Assembly: GCA_039640505.1 (NCBI GenBank)
Contig: CP046865.1
Span: forward strand, 3,375,661-3,439,660
From: Rhodobacteraceae bacterium Araon29
GTDB taxonomy: Bacteria; Pseudomonadota; Alphaproteobacteria; Rhodobacterales; Rhodobacteraceae
DNA length: 64,000 nucleotides
Direction of reading: 5' to 3'
Shown here: piece after piece, positions 10,773-21,071 of the stretch
Position numbering within the stretch: position 1 is the first letter of the stretch
Layout: each line of letters begins with the position of its first letter
Translations under genes and position numbers: made by a program
Notes under the pieces: generated by a model
The model's database searches: none
What the model was told of the DNA's origin: nothing
What the model saw: the letters and a program-made list of their open reading frames with translations, nothing else

Positions 10773-10905
10773 AATTAACATATTGAAATCATTGTATTTT
10801 TTTTCATGCCTTCCTGCAAATTATTGAAAACAATACATTTTTGTAACAACTCTTTAACAAAACCTTACACCGGTGCACAACTTGTCCGATAAATTTTTCG
10901 AGCCG

Positions 10906-11697
10906 TTACTCAATGCCGAGTATATCTGGGGTTTGCCAGACCAAATGCTGGCCGCCATCGACACACAGTAATTGCCCTGTGATCGCCGGCGCATCAATAA
11001 AATACCCCAGTGCCGCCGTGATGTCGGATGGGTTAGCGCCGCGGGTCAAAACCGTATTTTCACGTTGTTTTTGAAAGTGTTCCAAAGTTTGCCGAGCGCC
11101 TTGCAATGTCGGACCGGGGCCGATTGCATTGACCCGGACGTGCGGCGCAAGCGCCTGTGCTGCGGTCTGTGTCAGCGCCCAAAGTCCCATTTTGGCGATT
11201 GTATAGCTGGCAAATTCAGGTGTGAGCTTGCGCACCCGTTGATCTATCATATTGACAATAAGCCCCTGCGCGAGCGGTTCGTTATTTGCATCCATCTGCG
11301 CTTTAGGTAGCTGCGCGGCAAAAGCCTGACTTAGAACAAAAGGTGCCCGTAGATTGCTTTCAATATGGCGATCCCAGCTTGTCCGCGTAGCCGTCTCAAG
11401 GGTGTCATATTCAAAAATCGAGGCGTTGTTGATCAGGCAGGTGATTGGCCCACCAAGAGCCGCGGCTGCGGCAGGCAAGAGCTCTTGGACCTCTGCCTCT
11501 ATGAGCAGATCAGCTGGAAGCGCCTTTGCCTTGCAGCCCAAGGCTTGAATCTCTGCTACCACCTCATCTGCTGCCGCTTGCGAGCTGGCATAATGCACCA
11601 CCACATCATAGCCCCGCGCCGCCACATATAGCGCCATTTCTCGGCCAAGCCGTTTCGCGCCTCCGGTTATCAATGCCCGCATGATCGCACCTTTCAA
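10906..11697 (-). CDS. SDR family oxidoreductase
   Basis: N-terminal ITGGAKRLG Rossmann motif. 263 aa. Confidence 0.75.
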   Translation of the reverse strand: MKGAIMRALITGGAKRLGREMALYVAARGYDVVVHYASSQAAADEVVAEIQALGCKAKALPADLLIEAEVQELLPAAAAALGGPITCLINNASIFEYDTLETATRTSWDRHIESNLRAPFVLSQAFAAQLPKAQMDANNEPLAQGLIVNMIDQRVRKLTPEFASYTIAKMGLWALTQTAAQALAPHVRVNAIGPGPTLQGARQTLEHFQKQRENTVLTRGANPSDITAALGYFIDAPAITGQLLCVDGGQHLVWQTPDILGIE

Positions 11698-11700
11698 ATT

Positions 11701-12654
11701 TTAGGATAGCACAATAGTGACATAGGCCAAATAACTGCCGGTCAAGAGCACGCCCCATAATCGCGTCAGTTTCATCCGCCCAACCACAAACGGCGCAAGC
11801 AGTAGCGAAGACCCCAGCATGACCCAAAGATCAAAGGTCAAAAACGCGCGCGGTACCGGCACGTCACCAATCAATGCGGTGATCCCAATGATGGCCAGCA
11901 GATTAAACATATTTGACCCAATCACATTGCCAATTGCGATATCTGCTTGCCTTCGAATAGCGCTCATCACTGTGGTGGCCAACTCTGGCAAGGATGTTCC
12001 AATAGCGATTAATGTCAAACCAATGGCTGTTTCGCTAACATGATAGCTCAGCGCAATAGAAGTTGCGCTGCTCACCAGAATTTCTGCGCCCAGCGGTAGT
12101 CCAACCAACCCAAGCAACAAATAAAGCGTAATCCACCAACCGCTCATAGACTGATCCGCAGCCTCTAGATTGGTTAAATCTGCTTGATCTGTGCCGGTCT
12201 CTTGCCGGTGGGCGCGGGCCTGCATAAAGGCATCTCGCAAAGAATAGCCAAGTGCAGCCAAGAGCACAGCGCCCTGCCACAAACCAAATTCTCCGGTAAA
12301 GGCCAAGGTAATAAACAAAAGCGTTGCCAGCAACATAAAGCCATAGATTTTGCGGCTGTTACAGCTAGAGGTATCCACCACAGATATGATCGCTGGAATG
12401 CCCAGAACCAAAAGCACATTAGCCGTGTTCGAGCCCACCACATTGCCCAAAGCAATCCCTGGCGCATTATCCAAAGTGGCCCGGATTGCAATCAAAAGCT
12501 CAGGGGCTGAGGTTCCAAAAGCCACGATGGTCAAGCTGACAATCAAAGCCGGCACCCCAAGCCGCAAGCTTAGGTTGACCGCGCCTTTTACCAGCGCATC
12601 CCCAGCCAAAAGTAATATAACAAGACCAATCGCAGACAGCAGCCAATCCATCAC
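11701..12654 (-). CDS. calcium/sodium antiporter (CaCA family, YrbG-like)
   Basis: 317 aa. Two internally repeated alpha-repeat halves (…GTSAPELLIAI…, …GTSLPELATTV…). Confidence 0.8.
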   Translation of the reverse strand: MMDWLLSAIGLVILLLAGDALVKGAVNLSLRLGVPALIVSLTIVAFGTSAPELLIAIRATLDNAPGIALGNVVGSNTANVLLVLGIPAIISVVDTSSCNSRKIYGFMLLATLLFITLAFTGEFGLWQGAVLLAALGYSLRDAFMQARAHRQETGTDQADLTNLEAADQSMSGWWITLYLLLGLVGLPLGAEILVSSATSIALSYHVSETAIGLTLIAIGTSLPELATTVMSAIRRQADIAIGNVIGSNMFNLLAIIGITALIGDVPVPRAFLTFDLWVMLGSSLLLAPFVVGRMKLTRLWGVLLTGSYLAYVTIVLS

Positions 12655-12660
12655 AGGTCC

Positions 12661-12843
12661 CTATTTAGCACCACATACACAGGGCGGCTTACCGATCATG
12701 ATCCGGCCACACTCAGGGCATCTTACAGATTTGCGACGGCCAACCTTTGGCATCCGCAACCTGCCAAGCATGGCCAAGACCGCCATGCCAGCCAAAAACA
12801 AGACGACAATCTTAAAAATCATATCAAAGCCCAAAGCGGGCAA
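12661..12843 (-). CDS. hypothetical small membrane protein with C-terminal zinc-ribbon (CPECG…CVCG)
   Basis: 60-aa ORF that exactly fills the gap between the S49 peptidase gene and the antiporter gene. One predicted TM helix plus a CxxC…CxC motif. Coding status unverified. Confidence 0.35.
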   Translation of the reverse strand: MPALGFDMIFKIVVLFLAGMAVLAMLGRLRMPKVGRRKSVRCPECGRIMIGKPPCVCGAK

Positions 12844-13621
12844 AGGCCGCCTTTTCCTCTAACATAATCGATGCGCTGTGAAACAGGGATGTGCCAAATC
12901 GCTGTGCCAAGCTTTTCTTTTGGCCATAAAGCCGGAAACGTACTTTTTCGCCATAGCGCTCTTTTAGAATAGGCACCAGATGACCAATTGCATCCGCCAG
13001 CCCCAAGTCAACAGCGGTCTGACCGACCCAGTATTCACCGCTAAACAAATCTTCATCAGAACTGAACTTGTCGCCCCTGCGCGCAGTAACATGGTCAATA
13101 AAGGCTTTGTGGACCTGCTCTAAGGTGGCTTTCATGCGGGCCACATCTTCGGGCTTTTCTTCGCGAAACGGGTCAAGCGTCGATTTTGATTTTCCCGCTG
13201 TATAGACCCGCCGCTCGATGCCATAACGGGCAAGGAACTCTGGCGCGCCAAATCCGGCAGAGATCACTCCAATGGACCCAACGATCGAGCTATGGTCAAG
13301 AAAGATCTCATCCGCTGTCACCGCCAGCCAATAGCCGCCCGAGGCGGCCACATCCTCGACAAAGGCCAGAACCGGCACTTTATGTTCTTCTGCAAGCCGG
13401 CGAATTCTCGCTCCAATAAGCGAGGATTGAACTGGTGAGCCACCGGGTGAGTTTAAAACCAACGCTACAGCGTCGGGTTTGCCTTTGCGAAAGGCCTTCT
13501 CAAGCATTGGCGCTAAAGCCTGATCATTAAGCTGCCCACGCGACCCGGCCGCAATAAGACCAGAAAGCCGCACCACGGCCACGGACTTTTGAGGTTTTAG
13601 AAATGGAATTTTAAGTTTCAT
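12824..13621 (-). CDS. S49 family peptidase (SohB/SppA-like)
   Basis: Start taken at the internal ATG (MKLKIPFLKPQK…), giving about 265 aa as is typical for SohB. The upstream 46 codons of the ORF are probably not coding. Confidence 0.7.
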   Translation of the reverse strand: MKLKIPFLKPQKSVAVVRLSGLIAAGSRGQLNDQALAPMLEKAFRKGKPDAVALVLNSPGGSPVQSSLIGARIRRLAEEHKVPVLAFVEDVAASGGYWLAVTADEIFLDHSSIVGSIGVISAGFGAPEFLARYGIERRVYTAGKSKSTLDPFREEKPEDVARMKATLEQVHKAFIDHVTARRGDKFSSDEDLFSGEYWVGQTAVDLGLADAIGHLVPILKERYGEKVRFRLYGQKKSLAQRFGTSLFHSASIMLEEKAAFARFGL

Positions 13622-13704
13622 GGTCCTGATGTAGAGTGCTTGGCGCAAACAAACAAGAACCCTAGGTGATCCATTGAAATTAAATTTTGACCGCAGGAAA
13701 GCCT

Positions 13705-14466
13705 TTAGTTGCGCAACCGCCATCCGGTTTTGAAAATCCAGCCAATCACCGCCAGACACAGCACGGTGAAGCCAAAAATAGCGATCAAGCTGGTATAGAC
13801 AGACACATCAGCCATTCCGAAAAACGACCAGCGAAAGCCAGAAATTAAATACACAACCGGATTTAACATGGCGATGTTTTGCCAGACCGGCGGCAACATC
13901 GAGATTGAATAAAACGAACCACCAAGAAACACCAGCGGCGTCACAATCAGCAGGGGCACCACTTGCAATTGTTCAAAATTCTTTGCCCATATGCCTAGAA
14001 TAAAGCCCAAAAGCGAAAACGAGAAACAGGTCAGAACCAGAAATGCAAACATGGCGAACGGATATTGGATTTTCAGATCAACAAAAAGTGTCGAGGTGGC
14101 CAAAATAACCATGCCGATCAACAGCGCTTTGGTGGCCGCCGCCCCCACGTATCCAGCTACGATTTCCAGAAAACTAACCGGCGCTGAAAGCAATTCATAA
14201 ATCGTGCCGACAAATTTTGGGAAATATATCCCAAAAGAAGCATTCGATATTGCTTGCGTCATTACCGTGAGCATCACCAGACCCGGCACAATAAAAGTGC
14301 CATAACTGACCCCTTCGACCTGATCTATGCGACTGCCAATCGCAGCGCCAAAAACGATGAAATACAGCGATGTGGATATCACCGGTGAGGCAAGGCTTTG
14401 TCCCGCAGTGCGAAAAAAGCGCGCCATTTCGAATTGATAGATGGCCTTTATAGCGTGGATATTCAT
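13705..14466 (-). CDS. ABC-2 type transporter permease
   Basis: 253 aa, 6 TM. Immediately downstream of its ATPase with a 2-nt gap. Confidence 0.75.
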   Translation of the reverse strand: MNIHAIKAIYQFEMARFFRTAGQSLASPVISTSLYFIVFGAAIGSRIDQVEGVSYGTFIVPGLVMLTVMTQAISNASFGIYFPKFVGTIYELLSAPVSFLEIVAGYVGAAATKALLIGMVILATSTLFVDLKIQYPFAMFAFLVLTCFSFSLLGFILGIWAKNFEQLQVVPLLIVTPLVFLGGSFYSISMLPPVWQNIAMLNPVVYLISGFRWSFFGMADVSVYTSLIAIFGFTVLCLAVIGWIFKTGWRLRN

Positions 14467-14468
14467 AC

Positions 14469-15422
14469 CTATACCTCTGCTTCACTCGGGGTTTTGGCCT
14501 TGTCGGCCTGCACTAGACTGACAAAAATCTCTTCGAGCGAGGATTGATCAGTTTGCAAATCTTTCACCTGCAATCCGGCATTGGAAAAATCATGTATCAA
14601 CCGCGTGATGCCGGTGCGGTCGCTGCGCGTGTCATAGGTAAAACTTAGCGCTGTGCCGTCATCGGAGAGCACAAGGTCATACTCGCCCAGCGCCTGAGGT
14701 ATTTTATCAATCGTATCTTGCAACTCAATAGTCAGTGTTTTTTTGCCAAGCCGCTTCATAAGCGCCTGTTTTTCTTCCACCAGCAAAATCTCACCCTTGC
14801 TGATCACCCCGACACGCTCGGCGATGGCTTCGGCTTCTTCGATATAATGCGTGGTCAACACAATGGTCACACCACTGGCCTGCAATTCGGCCACAATATC
14901 CCACATATCCTTGCGCAGTTCCACATCAACGCCGGCGCTCGGCTCATCTAAAAACAACAGGCGCGGCTCATGGCTCAGGGCTTTTGCAATTAGCACCCGA
15001 CGCTTCATACCGCCCGAAAGCTCAACCACTTTCGAGTTGCGTTTGTCCCAGAGCGAGAGTTGCTTGAGCAGCTTTTCAAGATAGCCATCATTTCTGGGCT
15101 TGCCATGCAGTCCCCGCGAAAAACGCACCGTGTTGAACACGGTCTCAAACGGCTCAAGCGAGACATCCTGCGGCACGAGCCCGATGAGTTTGCGAGTTTC
15201 ACGATAATTAGTGATGATATCATGGCCGTTCACTAGAACCTCACCCGATGTGGCCAGGCAGATTCCACAGATGGTTGAAATCAAGGTCGTTTTGCCAGCC
15301 CCATTTGGCCCCAAAAGAGCGAGAATTTCCCCCTGATTGATGGTCAGGTTCACATTGTTCAGCGCTTGAAGTCCGCCGGGAAATGATTTCGAAAGGTTTT
15401 TAACCTCGACAACACTACTCAT
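14469..15422 (-). CDS. ABC transporter ATP-binding protein (ABC-2 exporter type)
   Basis: Walker [10 protein letters not shown], signature LSGGMKRR, Walker B LLFLDEP. Confidence 0.85.
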   Translation of the reverse strand: MSSVVEVKNLSKSFPGGLQALNNVNLTINQGEILALLGPNGAGKTTLISTICGICLATSGEVLVNGHDIITNYRETRKLIGLVPQDVSLEPFETVFNTVRFSRGLHGKPRNDGYLEKLLKQLSLWDKRNSKVVELSGGMKRRVLIAKALSHEPRLLFLDEPSAGVDVELRKDMWDIVAELQASGVTIVLTTHYIEEAEAIAERVGVISKGEILLVEEKQALMKRLGKKTLTIELQDTIDKIPQALGEYDLVLSDDGTALSFTYDTRSDRTGITRLIHDFSNAGLQVKDLQTDQSSLEEIFVSLVQADKAKTPSEAEV

Positions 15423-15537
15423 CCAACCTCACAAACTAAACCAATGCGCTGAATCTATTTGATAAACATACGCTTGGATAGTCAAATTAGTATCCAACAA
15501 CCGTCGTTTCCGGCGCAAATAAAGAAACGACGCGCCG

Positions 15538-16575
15538 TCACTTTGCTGCACGCACCGTGTCGATCATCAGTTGAACATTTTCTGGATCGGCATCTGGCGT
15601 GATCCCATGACCCAGATTGAAAATATGTGGCCCACCGCTGAGCGCTGTGCAAATCTGGCGAGCCTCATCAACCAATGCCTGACCGCCTGTGACCATGTGA
15701 GACGATTTAAGGTTACCCTGAACGCAGCTGTCCTTTTGCAGATGCTGCGCGACCCACTTAGGGATAACCGAATTATCAACCGCCACACAGTCGGCGCCTG
15801 TCGCCGCAGCAAAGCCGATGTATTTATCCCCAGCCTCACGTGGAAACGCAATAATCGGGATATCTGGATGCCGCGCCTTTAGGGCGGTGATAATCGCTTT
15901 TGTCGGGGCAACTGCATAGCGCTCAAAATCCGCACCTGTCAGCGATCCAGCCCAGCTGTCAAAGAGTTTCACGACCTCGGCGCCAGCCTCAATCTGGGCA
16001 CTGAGATATTCGATTGTTGCAACCGTTATAAGATCCATCAACCCGTCAAAAAGCTGTGGGTTTTCCTGTTTCAAAGCATGCGCTGGCCCCTGATCCGGGG
16101 TGCCGCGCCCTGCAATCATATAGGTGGCCACCGTCCATGGCGCACCGGCAAAACCGATTAATGTGGTTTCTTGTGGCAACGCCTTGGTCAAAATCCGCAG
16201 GGTTTGATAGACCGGTGCCAAGGTTTCATCAATGTCAGCGATAGGCCGCAGCGCCGCCAGATCATCATCACGTGTCAGGGTTGAAAGCCGCGGGCCTTCG
16301 CCAGTGACAAACCACAAATCAGCGCCCAGCGCCTGCGGCAGCAACAAGATATCAGCAAACAGGATCGCCGCATCAAACCCATAGCGGCGGATTGGCTGCA
16401 AGGTAACCTCGGCCGCCAAATCGCTGTTATAGCAAAGTGATAGAAAATCCCCCGCCTCGGCGCGGGCCGCGCGGTATTCGGGCAAATAACGCCCTGCCTG
16501 CCGCATCATCCAGATCGGCGGGGTGTCTAAAATTTCACCTGCAAGCGCGCGAAGTATTTTCTTTTGCTCTGCCAT
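15538..16575 (-). CDS. hemE: uroporphyrinogen decarboxylase
   Basis: 345 aa. N-terminus …[16 protein letters not shown]… is the HemE/URO-D signature. Confidence 0.9.
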   Translation of the reverse strand: MAEQKKILRALAGEILDTPPIWMMRQAGRYLPEYRAARAEAGDFLSLCYNSDLAAEVTLQPIRRYGFDAAILFADILLLPQALGADLWFVTGEGPRLSTLTRDDDLAALRPIADIDETLAPVYQTLRILTKALPQETTLIGFAGAPWTVATYMIAGRGTPDQGPAHALKQENPQLFDGLMDLITVATIEYLSAQIEAGAEVVKLFDSWAGSLTGADFERYAVAPTKAIITALKARHPDIPIIAFPREAGDKYIGFAAATGADCVAVDNSVIPKWVAQHLQKDSCVQGNLKSSHMVTGGQALVDEARQICTALSGGPHIFNLGHGITPDADPENVQLMIDTVRAAK

Positions 16576-16671
16576 ATGTCACCCTTGGTACTGGTTCTGC
16601 TTCGCCGCCCTCTTGGCGGGCATCGCCGCTAAGCTCTTATCAGAATGTGTTGACCGACTTAAACTAGATAT

Positions 16672-17631
16672 ATGACCCAGACTTTACCAAATCCAAGCGC
16701 GCCGCTTAAAATTGGCACCCGCGGCTCGCCATTGGCGCTGGCGCAGGCCTATGAAACCCGCGACCGGCTTGCGGCGGCTTTCGCATTGCAGCAAAGCGCC
16801 TTTGAGATCGTGGTGATTAAAACCACCGGTGATAAAATTCAGGATCGCCCGCTGAAAGACATCGGTGGCAAAGGGCTTTTCACCCGCGAGATTGAAGCCG
16901 CGCTGCTTGAAGGCGTCATTGATATCGCGGTTCATTCGATGAAAGATATGCCAGTGGCACAGCCGCAGGGTCTGCTGCTTGATACCTACCTGCCACGCGA
17001 AGATGTGCGCGATGGCTTTATCTCACCCCGGTACGGCAGCATCGACAGCCTGCCGCCCGGCACTTTGGTGGGCACGTCGTCATTGCGCCGGCGCGCGCAG
17101 CTTTTGCACCGCCGCCCTGATTTGCAGATCGTCGAGTTTCGCGGCAATGTGCAAACCCGCCTGAAAAAACTTGATGCGGGGGTTGCCGCCGGCACATTTT
17201 TAGCCATCGCTGGCCTGAACCGGTTGGACATGGCGCATCTGGCCAAAGCGCCGATTGCTGTTGACGCCATGCTGCCGGCTGTGGCGCAGGGGGCGATTGG
17301 GATCGAGCGGCGCCGTGATGATTTGCAAACAGCCGGACTGCTTGAAGCCATTCATGATCCGGATACGGGCCATCGGCTTGTAGCCGAGCGGAGTTTTTTG
17401 GCGGCACTGGACGGATCGTGCGAAACCCCGATTGCAGGCTTGGCCGAGCTCAGCGGCGGCACGCTGCGCCTGCGCGGTGAAGTGCTGCGCCCGGACGGGT
17501 CCGAAGCGATCAGCGATGATCAAAGCGCCCCGATCGAAGATGGTGCCACCCTTGGCGCCGAAATGGCTGCGCAATTGCTGACCCAAAGCGGGCCGGGATT
17601 TTTCGATTGGCGCGGCGAGGATAAAACCTAG
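16672..17631 (+). CDS. hemC: hydroxymethylbilane synthase (porphobilinogen deaminase)
   Basis: LKIGTRGSPLALAQA N-terminus. 319 aa. Transcribed divergently from hemE. Confidence 0.9.
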   Translation: MTQTLPNPSAPLKIGTRGSPLALAQAYETRDRLAAAFALQQSAFEIVVIKTTGDKIQDRPLKDIGGKGLFTREIEAALLEGVIDIAVHSMKDMPVAQPQGLLLDTYLPREDVRDGFISPRYGSIDSLPPGTLVGTSSLRRRAQLLHRRPDLQIVEFRGNVQTRLKKLDAGVAAGTFLAIAGLNRLDMAHLAKAPIAVDAMLPAVAQGAIGIERRRDDLQTAGLLEAIHDPDTGHRLVAERSFLAALDGSCETPIAGLAELSGGTLRLRGEVLRPDGSEAISDDQSAPIEDGATLGAEMAAQLLTQSGPGFFDWRGEDKT

Positions 17632-19055
17632 GAACCTTTGGTAGCCTGCTGCGGAATAACCTTGCCTGGATTAAGGATATTGTTCGGATCAAGCGCCTGT
17701 TTGATCTGCCGCATCACCGCAACCGCAACGGGATTTTTACGCCGCTGCATTGATGGCAATTTGCTGCGGCCAATACCATGTTCGGCGGAAAAACTGCCGC
17801 CAAGGTCAAGAACCACATCTTCCACCGCCTCGGTGATCGCCGCATGCACCTTTGGGTCATGGCTTTTTGGCCAAACCGGATAGTGGATATTGCCATCCCC
17901 AAGGTGCGAGACAACAATGGTCTCAGCCCCGGGGTCCAGCGCCGTCAAACGATCCTGCATGCGGTTTAGAAACACCGCCACCTTATCAAGTGGCACAGCA
18001 ATGTCGTGATTGACCAGAGGCTTTTGGGCAACTGTGACCTCTGCCGCGCTTTCGCGCAGATGCCACATTTGGGCACGCTGTGTGTCGTTTTGGGCAACAA
18101 CCGCATCCAAGATCGCGCCGCTTTGCAATTGATCGGCTAGGATCGCTTCAAACCGCGACGACAGCTGGATTTGGCCGCTGTCATCAGGGGCAGATAAGTC
18201 CTCGGCAGTGGTGGCCACCTCAACCAGAATATTCACATCATATTGGATCGGAAATGGCAGTTGGCGGTCGGCAAAATGGGCGGCATATTTTTCAATATAA
18301 AACCGCGGCATATATTCATAGGCTTCAACCGAACCGCCCGTGGCTGATTGCAGCGCATTGAGAATGCTCAGCGCCGCATCAAGCGAAGGCACAGCCAACA
18401 TAGCGGTGGCATAGGCACGCGGCTTTGGCATCAACCGCAGCACAGCGGCGGTGATAATGCCCAAAGTGCCTTCTGCGCCGATCATCAGATGTTTAAGATT
18501 ATAGCCAGAATTATCTTTGTGCAGTTCGGACATCATATCCATGATCTCACCGTTGGGCAGCACAACTTCGATGCCAAGGCACAAATCACGGGTGTTGCCA
18601 TAGCGCAGCACATTTGATCCGCCCGCATTGGTCGACAGCATGCCGCCAATCATGGCTGAGCCGCGCGCACCAAACGTCATCGCGAAAATAAAATCTTGCT
18701 CTTCTGCCGCCTCGTGCAGATCAGACAGGATCACTCCGGCCTCGACCACTGCAAGGCGTGCATCAGATCGGATTTCCCGAATGGCGTTCATCCGTTCTAG
18801 TGACAGCACCAATGCGCCCTCGGCGTAGGTGCCATCCGCTAAACCCGTGTTGCCGCCCATTGGCACCACAGCGATCTTTTCTAAATTGGCCCATTTAACG
18901 ATCTCTGACACCTGATGCACATTTGCAGGGCGCACCACTGCCAAAGGGGTGAAAGGATGTAATTTGAACCAATCACTGGAATATTTTTCACAATCACGGC
19001 CAGTGAGCACATGCGAAGGACCAACAATGTCTATCAGGGCATTTATCTGCGTCAT
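17628..19055 (-). CDS. FAD-binding oxidoreductase (FAD-linked oxidase, GlcD/D-lactate dehydrogenase-like)
   Basis: 475 aa. FAD_binding_4-like N-terminal domain (…VVPMGGNTGLADGT…). Convergent with hemC, and their stop codons share CTAG. Confidence 0.8.
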   Translation of the reverse strand: MTQINALIDIVGPSHVLTGRDCEKYSSDWFKLHPFTPLAVVRPANVHQVSEIVKWANLEKIAVVPMGGNTGLADGTYAEGALVLSLERMNAIREIRSDARLAVVEAGVILSDLHEAAEEQDFIFAMTFGARGSAMIGGMLSTNAGGSNVLRYGNTRDLCLGIEVVLPNGEIMDMMSELHKDNSGYNLKHLMIGAEGTLGIITAAVLRLMPKPRAYATAMLAVPSLDAALSILNALQSATGGSVEAYEYMPRFYIEKYAAHFADRQLPFPIQYDVNILVEVATTAEDLSAPDDSGQIQLSSRFEAILADQLQSGAILDAVVAQNDTQRAQMWHLRESAAEVTVAQKPLVNHDIAVPLDKVAVFLNRMQDRLTALDPGAETIVVSHLGDGNIHYPVWPKSHDPKVHAAITEAVEDVVLDLGGSFSAEHGIGRSKLPSMQRRKNPVAVAVMRQIKQALDPNNILNPGKVIPQQATKGS

Positions 19056-19229
19056 TGGGGGTTCCTTTGCTATGTCATTTTTGCCAGAAAAAACAAAAAA
19101 AATCTGCTCTTTGCAAGCAACTTAACGCCTAAAAGCTTTGGGTTCCATGCGCAAAATGGCACCACCGTCATACCGACGCAATACAGAGCCCGTTTTTTAC
19201 CGGTTTTTAGAGCCCATGAGCAGGGCGTA

Positions 19230-20122
19230 TTAATCCCATTTGGCCAGTGGCGGCAGGCTCATCAAAACCGCTTCTGGATCATGCCCTGTTGCCAGACCAA
19301 ATTTTGTTCCACGGTCATAAACCAGATTAAACTCTGCATAAAGCCCACGGTGGCTCAATTGAGTTTGCTTGTCTTCGTCGCTCCACGGCTGCGCAACGCG
19401 TTTGGTCACCAAAGGCAGATAGGCGGGCAAGAATGCGCGGCCTATATCCTGGGTCAGTGCAAAATCCGCTGCCCAGTCGCCAGTGCAGCGATCATCCATA
19501 AATATCCCACCCACGCCGCGCGCGCGTTTGCGGTGGGGAACGTAAAAATACTCATCAGCCCAAGCCTTTAGCTTTGGGTAGAGCGCTGGATCATGCGGGT
19601 CTAGATGGGCTTTTTGAGTGGTGTGAAAATGGGCGGTATCTTCAGCATATTCGATGCAAGGGTTCAAATCCGACCCGCCGCCAAACCACCATGCTTTCGG
19701 GGTCCAAAACATGCGTGTATTCAGGTGCACTGCCGGACAATGCGGATTTTGCATATGCGCCACCAGTGAAATACCACTGGCCCAAAAGCGCGGGTCATCT
19801 GCGATATCGCTCAGCCCCGGCCGGGCCCGCATCGCCGCCTGCGCCTGATCACCAAGCCGGCCATAAACGGTTGAAACATTCACCCCAACCTTTTCAAACA
19901 CACGCCCGCCGCGCAGCACGCTCATCAAACCCCCCCTGCATCACTACCATCATCTGATTGCCGTTGTGTGGTTGTGACCTCAAACTTTCCAGCAGGCCTT
20001 TCAGCCATCGAACCATCGGCATGGTCATTTTCAAGCTGTTGAAAAGAAGTAACTATTTCATCGCGCAATTGATGAAACCACGCACTGGCCTGTTGCTTTT
20101 GCTGATCCGATATTGTCACCAT
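19230..20122 (-). pseudogene. hemF: oxygen-dependent coproporphyrinogen III oxidase, disrupted by a frameshift in a C7/G7 homopolymer
   Basis: Two adjacent ORFs in different frames together reproduce HemF. The upstream ORF ends …SDDGSDAGGV* and the downstream ORF begins MMSVLRGGRVFEKVGVNVSTVYG. The junction is the C run at 19930-19936. Confidence 0.7.
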
Positions 20123-20243
20123 GGTTTCCGTCTTTTTGCCTTGCGCTTTAATAGAATCTGTCTCTTGGGAACCCACTGACTTGTCAAGCGGACTTGCCCC
20201 TTCGCGGCGCTAAGCCACAGCCTTTTAAGCCAATGTTCCGTCC

Positions 20244-21044
20244 TTAGTGTGCCGGTGCTTCAACTGGATCAATCAACGTCCGCCCACCATCCACTGTTAG
20301 TATTTGGCCCGTAACAAACCCTGCGCTTTCAGAGGCAAGATACTGCACCGTCTCAGCGACATCGGAAGCGGGTGCGATCCGCCCCATCGGAGTGTGCTTT
20401 TCGATATCACTGCGATAGTCGCTATTGTCTTTGAGCATATCCTGTAGGCTTGCGGACATCACCGAACCAAAAGCAACCGCATTGACCCGGATACGGTGCG
20501 GCGCTAGCGCCACCGCCATGGCCCGTGTCATTTGATCGAGCGCGGCGGTGGATACAGAATATCCCAAAAGCTGTGGATGCGCCCGACGGGCCGCAATTGA
20601 GGACAGGTTGACGATCGCGCCCGCCTGCCCTTCGGTCTGTGATCCGCTTTGCTTGATCATTCGGGTGGCAATCAATTGCGACAATCGAAGGCTGGTCATG
20701 AAGTTTTGATTCAACAAAGTTTCAACCGAGTTGTCATTCAAATCCAAAAGGTCCGAGGCCATCATTTGCCGCGATGCATTGATTAAAATATCAACCCGGT
20801 CGAAGCTATCAAGCGTAGCTGATAGCAGGTTAGCAATGGTGAGTTTTTCCCGCAGATCACCGGCGAAATACCGTAAGTTACTTTGACTGGATTCGTTATC
20901 AACTTCCTTTTGCAAGCTGGCCTCATCCATATCGGCAAACATCACATTGGCACCATGTTCGGCAAAATGCCGAGCAATGGCCAAGCCTATCCCATTGGCA
21001 GCACCTGTCACAATTGCCGTCTTTCCATCAATCGAGAATGACAT
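20244..21044 (-). CDS. SDR family oxidoreductase
   Basis: TGAANGIG Rossmann motif. 266 aa. Confidence 0.8.
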   Translation of the reverse strand: MSFSIDGKTAIVTGAANGIGLAIARHFAEHGANVMFADMDEASLQKEVDNESSQSNLRYFAGDLREKLTIANLLSATLDSFDRVDILINASRQMMASDLLDLNDNSVETLLNQNFMTSLRLSQLIATRMIKQSGSQTEGQAGAIVNLSSIAARRAHPQLLGYSVSTAALDQMTRAMAVALAPHRIRVNAVAFGSVMSASLQDMLKDNSDYRSDIEKHTPMGRIAPASDVAETVQYLASESAGFVTGQILTVDGGRTLIDPVEAPAH

Positions 21045-21071
21045 ATCAGCTCCTTGATTCTCGGCGAGAGA

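Noticed and set aside
19655-19685. tRNA T-arm-like string GGTTCAAATCCGACCCGCC
   Set aside because: It lies inside the hemF coding sequence. No acceptor or anticodon stem structure can be drawn around it, so it is a coincidental match.
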